NCBI GenBank assembly: GCA_002633005.1
Contig: NMRA01000456.1
Coordinates: 125,147 to 189,146, forward strand
Direction of reading: 5' to 3'
Length of the DNA: 64,000 nucleotides
Source: Phoronis australis
Lineage: Eukaryota; Animalia; Phoronida
Position 1 is the stretch's first letter. Each line of letters opens with the position of its first letter. Below the pieces are notes generated by a model. It had not been told where the DNA came from. It did not search any database and saw only the letters and a program-made list of their open reading frames with translations. The position numbers and the translations under genes are program-made. Of this stretch, positions 1 through 12,300 are shown one piece after another.

Positions 1-214
1 AGTCAATGCAAGGAACAGAAAAATCTCAAACTGCCTAGCAAATGCACGTTGTGTATTCCGCTACAGACTAACACCTACTGTATGGTAAATGTATGTGTCA
101 CAACATTAAATACTTAGTCGACTAACAAGTGCACACAGCACCAGATTAACACAGTGACAGAGGACAAGATCATCTCATCACATCACATGTCCATACTGTG
201 TTTACACTCCTTAT

Positions 215-343
215 CAAATAACTTCAACCAATCTTCTCTCACACCCGTAGACAAATCCAAATAACTTCAACGAATCAGCTCTCACACCCGTAGACAAATC
301 CAAATAACTTCAACGAATCAGCTCTCACTCCCATACACATATC
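215..343. repeat. 43-bp tandem repeat x3 overlapping the ULK stop codon
   Basis: caaataacttcaacgaatcagctctcacacccgtagacaaatc-like units at 215, 258 and 301. Confidence 0.9.
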
Positions 344-382
344 CTTGGAGGGTCACTAGACGTTTTTCGACCGATTCTCTAT
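318..382 (-). CDS. ULK: ULK terminal coding exon
   Basis: [24 protein letters not shown] at 320-318. Confidence 0.88.
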
Positions 383-3300
383 CTACAATGACAACATAGT
401 ATCCAGTAAACTAAAATAACTAGATGATGTAGCATGTTAGGAGAACTTCTGCCACTCATGTAGTAGTCAACGGTGACACTAACACTAAGATATTTAACAT
501 TCAATACAATCCCAACAGCCCTAGCAATGATTAAGCAACAAAGGAACATGTGAAAGTGCTCAACTGTACTAATTAAATGAAAAATGAAGATTATGATGAT
601 ACTGGATGATCAGTGTTCTCACCAGGATTTATTTCATGTTCAGTGTGGCGGGAACGATGGAATGTTGTCAATCACAGTGATCATCTCAGTTCAGAAGGGG
701 AGATCACCGTATTCTTGGTAAAAAATATTTGCAGGTCATAGGTAACAATTTCTGTACAAATATTGAGATTCAGTCTACAGTAGGCACTAGATCTTAACGA
801 GAAAAAATCCACTCGGAAAGATTTGTCACACAATGCCAGAAATATGGCATCCAAAAATCAATCAAATAAAAAAGCAGGGATCGGATAATAGCTCGAGAAT
901 GGTAAGTTGACTTGAAAAAGAGACAATGAGACTATGGCAATAGCTTTGCTGTGGCTCTGCAAAGTGAAAAATGATCGCCAAAGCGCCATCTTATGTCCAC
1001 AACCAAAAACAATAGGTCTAGAACTAATGATGAAACAAGTTTGTAAATTTCGTGTCAATCGGATAGAAAATGTGATCTATAGTGTGCAAACGTAGAAACA
1101 AAAAACAAAGAGAAAGAGCAACGATCTTCGTGAAAACTTTTTACCAAGAAATAAGTAAACATAATCACTTATAAACCAAACCTAATTTTAAAATCCCGTG
1201 TCATTGTATGAATACTGAGAAGCAACAATGACATGTGGAATCAATATGGAACAGAGCACAGACTTTGCGGGTGAGTTATTTGATTGTTGTCGAGAACTTT
1301 TTGAACTTTGCGCGAGACAACACGAGACATACATGTTTTTGATTATTTGGTAAAAAGGTACAACCAACGACAATTAAAACGGATTACATTTTCGCTTAGA
1401 GCACACACGCTGCACACAAACTGAACCCCTTAAAGTAGAGTAATTACGACAACATAGTTACATTTATTGAGTAGTTCTTTATCTCTCATATTGTCCGCTT
1501 GTTGTGCCAAACTGTGAAAGAGGACCTGCGCACTCTGGTACCGTCGGAAGCACTGAAATGAAAAAGTAAAAAACACTGCGTAGAACAAAACATAAGACTT
1601 ACATGTAAAGAACAAGAACTGTTACAAGCTCAAACGTGAACTAGAATTAATTAAGCCAGCGATGGCAGATGTTCCCCATGAAGCCATCAATGAACTCCAT
1701 TCACTCCCCTCTTCTGCCAGGTACATTTAGGAACACCAACTCGCTGTATCAAAAAACAAAATCAAAGCAAGAATCAAAATAATTATTTCAAAGAAAGTGC
1801 TGCGTGGGACTTCAAAGAAGTAGGCAGACACTTAGCAGAGGATGCAACATTAACATCGTCAGTTACTCAATAATAAAACATGTGAGAACTCAAGGCCTGT
1901 CACCAATCAAGGCTTAACTAAAAAAAAAAACTGGCAAATCGCACGTCACGCCTGGAGTATTTTTCCAATTTCACATAATGTGAACACAAACACATAAGTA
2001 TAGCTACCTCTTGTCTATTTCCAAACATTTCATCTAGTAAGGCTGTCTGACACAGGTGAATGGCATGGTTGTAAATAAGCCTGTCAGCAGTGACACTCAA
2101 CAGTTGGGCTGAACTACTGTTAACATGATGCAGGCCACACTCCTTCAAATGTTTACACATCTCTAGGCAACCATGGTAACAGCTGTGCAACTCCTTGACA
2201 ACTGAAACGAAGCAACAAAACTGGTGAGAAACAGCAAAATGAGAGTGATGCTTTTGTGTGAAGCTTTTGGTATGTAACCTTTTGACCAAAGTACTGTACA
2301 CAATAGTTGCTGGAACAAGTACATAATGTCATTATTGTGGTGTGATGTGGACCCCCAAATAGAAATAGAAATGTATGGAAACATCACATTTTCAAAAATT
2401 TCACAGGTTTTGGATTTTTTGCCATTCAGGCAACAGTGACGACATTTTAGAAACTTTATACAAAATTATGTGCTTGGATTAATCGTTGCGCAGCAACAAT
2501 GGTTGCACACAAAACATGCTACCAGGGAGTCCAGAAGAATTAACACTGGCCAGATACATAGCACGGTAATGGTTTTCTAAGTGTTCAGTAATTTAAAACT
2601 ATACGTAAATCTGGCATAACTATTATTATTGTTTTTAATCTTGGAATTTTAATTATTCATATGGGTCCCAAACGTCTAAAAGATGTCATTCTAAACCATC
2701 AATTAGAACAAGCTCCTTGCATCCAACCTAATTTGATTTGAACTTACCACTTCTTACAGAGTTTGTGGGGTGGAGACGACCCACTCTAATTTGAACTCAA
2801 ATTCTTACAAAGTATGACGGCAGGAAATGACCTGCTCTGATTTGAACTTCACACTTCTTACAGAGTTTAAGGGCTGGAGACGACTTACTCTGATTTGAAC
2901 TTACCACTTCTTACAGAGTTTGAAGGCTGGAGACGACCTGCTCTGATTTCATCTCTAGACAATTCGAGGGAGGATGAGAGCATCTGAAGAGCTCGCACAT
3001 ACAGCACCAGCTGTTCCAGGTTCCTGGAGAACAAACACTAACCACATGGAATTACATGTCAACCTTACATAAAGCTAAATATAAGTGAATAAACTCACTG
3101 AAGACTATAGCATTAAAAATGAGGAGAACAGTAAGCACCATGTTAACATTTTCCAACAAACACTGGACATGGTCCGAGATAGTGACTCGCCAAGTTTCAG
3201 GGCTTGGAATGACCAATGACAAAAAACGCGGAAACTATTATGGCCCAAAACAAGCGATGTGAACCTTTCGTCGACAAAAATCGGCAGGACTAAAAAAAAA

Positions 3301-6300
3301 AAAGTTACCACCATCAGTAGCATGCGCCTGCGTCTTTTTATCTCGTCCATCCACTCCTCCACTCCCACCGCCACACATTTTGGCTGCAGAGCCGTAGTAT
3401 TTGTCGCCTCGGTTTACAATCACATGAGATGCCATTGAAAATCCCACCACGCTATCCCAGACGCCCCGGCAATGTTGACAATTTACATTCCTCCGAAACA
3501 CAAAGAGCAACTTCCGCTTTTCGAGGTGAAGGCGTCGGCAACGCCGCAGTAAGAAAGGAAATTTTATATCAAATCCGATTTTTTTACGCGGAAATATAAT
3601 AAAATGCGCGGACAGAACATTTGAAAAAAGCGGAAATCTGCGTTTCCACGGAAAATTCCAAGCCCTGAAGTTTACGATAAATGCCTGGAAAGTATTAGTT
3701 ATTAATAAGTTATCAAAAAAGCATTACTGGCCTTCACAAATTCAAGAATCACCTGAAAGATGGCAAAATCACCCGCTCTGTAGATCGAAAACACAGTCTG
3801 CAATTTGAGAATGAAAGTGAATGCCAAAATCGCATTTGTCCCAAATTACAGAATGAAGAAAATTCAATTTTTGCAGGAGTTTCCATGTCCCTAATTGTAG
3901 AGACTGTCCCAAATTGAAGAATTTTTACCATGCATCATGTTTTAAACTAATAAAAGAAAACAGGTCCTTAATAATGTAGAAATCAAACTAATGAGATTAG
4001 TACAGCGGCTACCTTACCTTTGACTTTCACTGACAAATGAAGGAGCAAAGCAGTCTGTCTCTTTCTGTTGCATTGGTTGTGTGATGGGAGTACTGCGGCT
4101 CTGGGCCAGATCAATGATACACTCGGATAACAACAACACAAAGTTCAGCTTGCTCACCGTCTCATTATGTTCTTGCTAAAACACAAATTTAATACAACTG
4201 CTCATTCAGTAATCAGTGAAGCATGAGTACGAAGTTAGAAATCCTGCAGCTATTTACACAGGGACACGGCTTCGTTAAACAAATAACCACCAAGCTAGTA
4301 CAACAAATGGATGTGATGTTCATCAGCATTCAAGTGCTTTGCCTAGGCCATCACAAATCAGCCTTGTTCAGTAAAGATGTCCGAGTGATAAAATCCAACT
4401 ACCTGGAGACATTTCTGGACAGTCACTTTTCCCTGATATTTAGCCCCCGTTCTTTTTTTTACTAATTATTTTGAGAAAAGGGTTTTGCATAATTACCCAT
4501 TTTTCATTTCTAACGAAGACCACACAACAAAAGTAAGTTGATTCACAATGAACAACACTTGCACTATGAAAGAAAGAACTTCAACACGACAGAAACAATA
4601 GATGACATAAGCTGGCGTCAGCTGAATCATATCTTACATCCATCAGGGTTTCTTCTGCAAGTTCAGGAGCCTCAAACACAATGGGACCTTCCATGTTAGG
4701 TGGAGACTGTGCATAAGGCACAGAGTTAGGTGATGGGTTTTCAATGAATCCAATAGAAGAATGTCTCTCATGGCTGCCAGACTCTGATCGAGGCCTAGTC
4801 ACAGCAAAAGGTACAACAGGCTTGCCTGAAAATCAGTACAAAGCCAAAATTACTCAAGTGTGTGGTTACTTTCTAAGTAATTTGAACGATTTTAGTCATT
4901 CAAAACATTTTCTGAAAGACAAAAAATTGTCCACTGACAAAATAATTCAAAGATAATTAAATTGGTCTACTGTAAAGCTAAAACTTTGCAGGTCTCAGAA
5001 GAGCGATAACTTATTAAGCAAATAATTTGTATTTCACATATTTTTTCAAAAAAAGAGTTGAATGACAAATAATGTCATTTTCTAAGAACAACCAACCCAA
5101 AAAGAAACTGCATAGTACAAAAACTGATTTTGATTACACGCATTGTTCCCAGAATATTTCATTTCACCTGACTTTCTTATTGCAGTGACTCATGAGCCAT
5201 ATTTTTCAGCAAACCAGGAAAAGGTTTATAGTAACTTGCAGTAAATGGTCCATCCTTTAAAACTACATTTTATCCAATATGGCAGGTTGCACTTTTAAGC
5301 ATGTTTCATCCATTTCATTTCAACAGGCGAAGAATGTTGCCACGTATTACGTAATTTAGAAACCAAAAGAACTTACCAGATGGTATTGGTGTCGGAGGAG
5401 AGGAAGCTCCAAATGGTCTTGCCTCACTCACATCTGCTGATCTATCACCAGTTACGCAATGGGCTAAATTGTCTGGTAGTGTGCTTGACCGCAAACTCGG
5501 TGGAGAATTCATGGTGAAAACATCGCCTAAATCAAGACAAGCCATATGCAGAGATTAGTAAAATGTGTCGACACCATAACTGATACCAGATACCATCCAT
5601 AGGAAGTTACAAGCTCACAAAATCCTTAACGGCATAATGCAAATATTTACCATTCACAAATTAACCATATATACACTAAAGACAAAAACCCTTCTAGACA
5701 CCTGCAACACAGTACAACACTCTTGTGACATCATTCCCAGTGACATCATTCCCAGTGACATCATTCCCAGTGACATCATTCCCAGTGACATCATTCCCAG
5801 TAAACCAAATGCCAGGAACTAATGTGACTGGCAGGTCTTCTACCAGACAGTTGATCGAACGAGATCACACAAAGGGAAAACTGTAGTCACTTTATTTCCA
5901 ATTATGAGTTCAGTCCCCAGATTATGGATTAGAAATTATTTTAATACAGAGAGGGCAACTCTGATCATACAATCTACTGGATTAGGATTCATTTTAATGG
6001 AGAGCTACTTTGATCACACAAGGTGCATTGAATACTGTTTTTTTGTTTGCCAACAGAATTAGTAAAACCGGTTATGCTTAGGACCAGTTTTCAACGGAAT
6101 TACTATAACTGGATCATGTTTTAGGACAACTACTACAGCTGCATAATGTTTATGACCAGTTTGCCAACAAGGCAACAGAATCGTCACAACTGGTAATGAC
6201 TTAATGGTGATCATGACTTGTCACTGACAAGTCATGATCACCATAAAGAATCAAGTACAAAAATTAGCCCCTGTACAGCATGTGCAATGTGGGTGAACAA

Positions 6301-9300
6301 TGATTGGAATACTGAGCACAAACCTTCACTACAACAGTGATACCCATGGACTGGTCCAGTCTCTGATAGCCTCCTGACCCGTGCGGAACCAAAAGGAGTG
6401 TTGATAGGGGCAGTGACTTGGGTGTTTCGCTGGGACATAAGTCTGAGAGGAGAATCCGTTATGGCAGGCAAGCTGGCTGGACTTGCACAATGTCCTGCAA
6501 TGGCAATGCAATGTAATTCCACAAACAAAATGTTATACTCTCAGTAAGAAACAGGACTAACTTTATGAACAGCAGACCACTTGAAGTACCAGTAGAACAT
6601 GATATTTCATTTTATCAAACATACTAACCTGAAATAGACATGAACGCAATAACACTTCGTAACTGCAAACAAAAACCTTGGCCAACAGGAGGCATTACAG
6701 TTTTTTTCTACAAGCCTTCCAATGTCAGTTAAAGAAAACAGACCCACAAATACGAAAGCCAAAGTAAACTAAATTTTTTTTTAACTGTGCAAAACAATAA
6801 CATACAGCAAAATATTCATCAGTTCTCTTCTTGCTTTCCCAGTCACGAGTCATGCCTAACAAACAGTATATATTGCTAAGCCTCCATTTTCCCCAAAAAT
6901 ATACCCTCACAAACTTTTAAATTAGTATCAAGAGAAAGACAAGACATCATACACTTTAAGTCTGTCAGAATGTTTAAATCTTGTATTAAAACAAAATTAC
7001 AAAATCTGCCAAAGCAAAATGGAAGTACAGCAAGTGTGTAAGAAGCAATGAAGATTAGACCAATGACTTCATTAAAACAAGCCTTGTCAACAATGTAAGG
7101 TAAAGATTTGGCAACATTAAGCAGTAGCAACAAGCTAGAAAAGCAACAGTCAACTCACCAGTGCTCCTACGGGCAGGTGATGGTGGAGTGAACTGTTTAG
7201 GTGGCGTGCCAAAGCTATTGCGCTTGAAGCTATTGGATGGCGGAGTGCCAACAGTAAAGCGAACATTACCAGAATAGTCCGAGTCCATAGAAGTATTGGA
7301 TGATTTGCGAGGTATGGCCACTGCTCGACTGCTGCTCTCATTCTACAAAAGAACAAATCACAAAAATTGGTCTTTATAAAGTTACTGATTCTGTAAGTTA
7401 AACTTACTTCTACGTCAAATTTTGCATTGTAAGGTGTGCACCCAGAGTTATTTTGAGATCTGCACTCACCTACAAAAGGAGTACGCCCACCCACATCAAA
7501 TTCAGCCAAGGTTTCCTGTTTTTTTGAAATGCTGCACAAAGGCATGTACTAAGCAAAAGTAAAAAAGGCTCGATTTGCCAGTGACGAGTAAAAAAATAAA
7601 TCTCGCATCATTTTTGTTCATCTTAGATGGATTTTCAAAAAAGCAAAGACCAGAACAAACAAAGCTTTTTCGAGTGCCATTTTAATTTTTTTACATTCAC
7701 TAGACTAACAAAGGTGACTGACAATCACAAACAGTTACAACTCACTGCTCAAATAGAAATTGGAAGACGAAAAGAAAGACAGATGAGCACCCACCTTACA
7801 CAACGCTGGTGAAGATTTGGTCCCTTGGCGAGAAATTGGACTCTGTTGGTTACTTCTCTGCATCTTTTCGTAAGCTTGTATCTGAGATGGGACAGGAATC
7901 GGCTGAGATGACGGGGAAGTATTGGGACTAATGTGTAATACTGACGGTCGACTGGGACTAGTTTGAGGTTTCCTGTAGACAACGACTTCATTGGATACGT
8001 CCATCACAGCTCTCTGGGGGCTCTCCTTGCTGATTGGAAGGAAATGAACAAAAGCGTAACTCTTCATGTGATGTGAACATTTAAAGACTACATTATCCTG
8101 ATACTAACTGTACTGTGCAGTCATTCTAATTTTGTTTTTAACAGGGCTTAGAATGACCCATGAGAAAAAAGAGGAAAGCTTTCCAGGTAACGTATCGTTC
8201 TACAAAAACTAAACTGCAAGAAACGTTTTTTGGATTGAGTGAAGTTAAAATACTAAATATAAAGAGACAAAAGGAGGAATCTGAAAATCAAATGAGAGGA
8301 AATCAAAACCAAAAAGAGGAAATCCTCTTGTAAGAGGAAAATTCCAACCCCTGTATTAAATATCCAATGGTTCATTGTTATGAACAACTAATACAGAGCT
8401 TAACATAATGAGCCACCTCAAAACATTATTACAGTCGTTGTTCACATTCATATTTAATGAACACTTTTAGAAACCATGTGAATGAAGTGTGTGTGCGTGT
8501 CACCAAAAATCGAAGTTTTGAACATCTTAGACAAGACAGACCACACAACTTATGTTAAAACAAGCTCCAGGTGAATGCATTGCTAAATTAATCACATTTA
8601 ATCACATTCTTTATAATTGTGAATCCAGTAAATTTGAATTGTTTAGTGTGTTTTTGTGATGCAACGAAAACAGTGATTTAGTTTCTGTTTCCCGGACAGA
8701 GCCATCTGCACCTTACCTAACATAACACACATCTCACCTGAGCTCAAGATCCATAGACATCCGACTCTTCTGTGACTGTGGACTGTCACTTACAGGGTCC
8801 ATTGATATATTGCTTGGTACAATGACAAAGTCATCAGTAGGACTGGCACATTGTCTCGACTTGTCTCCAGCTATTTTGGCGTCAAATTTGACAAAACCCG
8901 ACAGTTGCCGAGGAGAACCGTCCGTGTCTGGCTGACCTTTGAGTTTCTGAAGTGTGCTGCCCTACACACATAAATCAGAGAATGTGTCATGAACTGCAAC
9001 ATGCAAATACATACAGCACAACTTATAGTAAGAAGGCTGATAAATGATGATTAAATTTCAAAAAGCCAAGACGTGTCCAGAAATAACACAAACTGAGTAC
9101 CAAAGAGTTGATGTAACACGTCTTGAGATGTCATCAATTCACAAATGTGGAAAATTAGTCAACAGCTAAACTGCAACAAGCATGAGACAATGAGTAAATA
9201 CATTTCATGCTTTGTATTACACCCAACGAAACCTGGTGACAAAACATCACATTGACAAAGGCTTCAGCTACGATATCTGAGAAGTCGGAAATTTCTGCTA

Positions 9301-12300
9301 CTTTTTTCAATCTGTAGATGCAAAGAATAAAATGTATTTACTCATACATCGGACGTCCCGATGAATCTATTTATTATGAGACAAACGACACAAATGCACA
9401 TAAGCTAGTTGGCAAAACTGTGACTTACCGAGGCTGTTCTTGGCATGTTGCCAGAAAGTGGTGATGCAGACACTTCTTTCAACTTAGGACTACTTCCTGA
9501 AGACAAACGACCACGGCTGGCACATTTGCCAGGCACAGAGACTGGGGCAGTACTGGCTCTGGGGGGACTATTTAGGAACGGATGATTGAAGAAAGTATCT
9601 GTAAATCACATAGACAAACATGATTTAGAAGAGGACCAAAAATCACTATAAGGGACTAATAGAATTTGAATCGGCAAAAGTATATTTTTTGAAAGTACAA
9701 ATCCATAGAAGTTGATTTCTGACTTTATACCAATCTGCCACTAATTAGATCACGTGACATCTTTTTTAAAGGAAAATTTAGCAAAAAGAGCACATTCATA
9801 GCAAAACAACAGGACCAATAACATGTCTAAATTTTGCTTGATATAAATGCTCAAGATACAATCTCACAATTGCTAGTACAGCTTTCTAAATTATGGTTTT
9901 GTGTTTGTTCTGGAAGCAACTTTAAATTTTTTTCATAGAAATCACGCAAGTCCTATTTTGGCAGCCCCTCATGCAAAAGTGGAACATCTTAAATGCATTT
10001 TGGAGAACAGTGTATCTGAAATTTTCATGTAAATCCGATCACCCATTTCTCAGATACAATGCTCCAAATTTGGCCGAAACTGGACATTTTTCTAAGGTCC
10101 AACCTTAAGTCTGGAACAAGATCAAGGTATTTATTATACCACAGCAGAACTTCAACCAATAGTCCTTGAAAAGAGTTTGAGAAACTGCAGGATGGCTGCA
10201 ACAGCACAAGAAGTAACTGATTTACCGAACAACATTAAACAGAACACTTTGTGACAGGAAAGTCACGGTACAACCATTTGACAACACGCATAGTTTATGC
10301 AGAGTTTGTGTAACAAACATACCAAAATCAATCCTATCCCTAGCGTTTCGTTTCAGCATTCTATACAGCAAGTCTTTCAATTCCGCAGATGTTCCAGACG
10401 GGATGTTGGGAGCTAGGTCAGAGTTTTTCTCGTAAAACTGCTTGAGTTGCTGGGGCGTCTGAGCCTGGAAGGGCGCTTTGCCTGTCAGGCATTGGAACAC
10501 TATAGTGCCAATACTCCACAAATCTGCCTTGGCATCATACTGTAGAGACATGATCACCTCTGGTGCCTAAATACCAAACATATAACTGAGTGTACTTTTT
10601 AACAAATTACCAAGTTAAAGTATGCCAAAGACTAAGTCATGCAATACCCAAACATTAATCAAGTTTTCCCCTAGTAATTGATATTGTCTCCTGAAATGCT
10701 CCAGTATGCAAAAAAAATTGTTTACAAGTTGTTCTTTGTTTTGCCACAGTAAATACCAGGGCTTACCAGCTCTTTGAAGGAAATATTAGTTTATTTTCAT
10801 AAAGCCAACAGCCACCAACATAAATGCATGATCCAGCTTTGCAATAAAAGTATCAATAATTAAGAAGGCTTTGCATACAGGGATTGACTTATAGTAAAGA
10901 AAACAAGTATTCAGTGACAGGTGGCCCAGCAAAATAAACCCCAAGACCTCACACTGCATATCCAATTACGAATGGCTAGCAATGAGTGACACTTGCAATT
11001 TTAAACATTTTTGCCAATTCAGACTTAGAAGACAAACATACAAAGTTCATACAAAAAGTGAAATCCTATGGCTGAGGTAGCATTGTGCACACCATTCTCA
11101 CCAACACATATTGAGGTGATGTGCAACTTTAAGAATTCAACAAACATTTACCAACACACTAATGCTAGCCATATATGTAAAACTCGGAAAACATCCCTTA
11201 CCATATACATAGGAGACCCACACAAAGTGGCTGCCATGACGCCATCTTGAAGGAACCTGGCAAAGCCAAAATCAGCTGCAAATGGAAAGTATAATATGAA
11301 CTTACATGTTGTTTATTGCTTTAGTTCATCCTAATTTTAATTCACCTTGCATAGGGCCACATTGGAGCCAAGTCTTAAGCTTTCAGATGAATTACACAAT
11401 TTCAACAACTGAAGAGTTCTATATTACTTTGGACTACAATTCATCAAACCAGTTATTGAACTGAATTGAATATTCAAAAAAAAAACATTGAATGAAGTAG
11501 GAAAAGCTAACTTTGGATTTTTGCACGGAAATAAGTCTTCTTATACATGTCCTGTATTCTGCATAGCAACAACAGAACAAGAAATTGACATTCTACTCAA
11601 AAGTGATATGAAGCATACAAAACAAATTGAATTGTAATTAGTTTAAGCCTATCATTGTAGGTTACTTGGAATTCAATGCTGAAGTGTTATATCCAATTCT
11701 ACTCAGTTCACATTCAAAAGTTTGTTTCGTATTCACTGAGTCAGTGATTCGGGAATTGTTATTTTTGTGAGCATAGCATGCCTTGCCCTAAGTACCACTT
11801 GGACAGTCAGTCTCAAGACCAAACTAGTAGCTCCATCTAGTGTTCATTCATAGAAGAAGCCCACCTCTGGCTATCTGTTGTACCATCTGGTATTCAATCA
11901 CGGAAGAAGTGCTGCCCCACCCCTTGGAAATCTAGTAGACTTATCCAGTGTTCAGTACCGGAAGAAGTCCTTGGCTATCTAATTGCTCAATAAAGTGTTC
12001 AACCATGGAAGTAGCCCCCCCCCTTTGGTCGTAGTTCAATCATGGAAGAAGCCTCCCAGCTATCAAGTAGCTCAATCTAGTGTTTAGTCATGTAACCCCC
12101 TCCCCGGTTATCTAGTATTTTCACTTGGAAGAAGTCTCTTGTACTCCCATCGTGTTGACACGCACATAACGACTTATAACCAACTTGAAGTAGTTCATTT
12201 GTCTGAAGAATAACCTTGAGGTTTTACTGGGGCTCAGAAACACTATTTGTTTAGTCTGTTTAAGAACTTGAGACTGATGTAATAAACACTGTGGCCGAGA

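Noticed and set aside
5637-5822. ORF with SDIIP repeats
   Set aside because: Translation of a 15-bp minisatellite antisense in a ULK intron.
8711-8737. Strong alternative donor GTAAGG 21 nt downstream of ULK exon 11
   Set aside because: The extension introduces an in-frame TGA immediately, so it was not used in the gene model.
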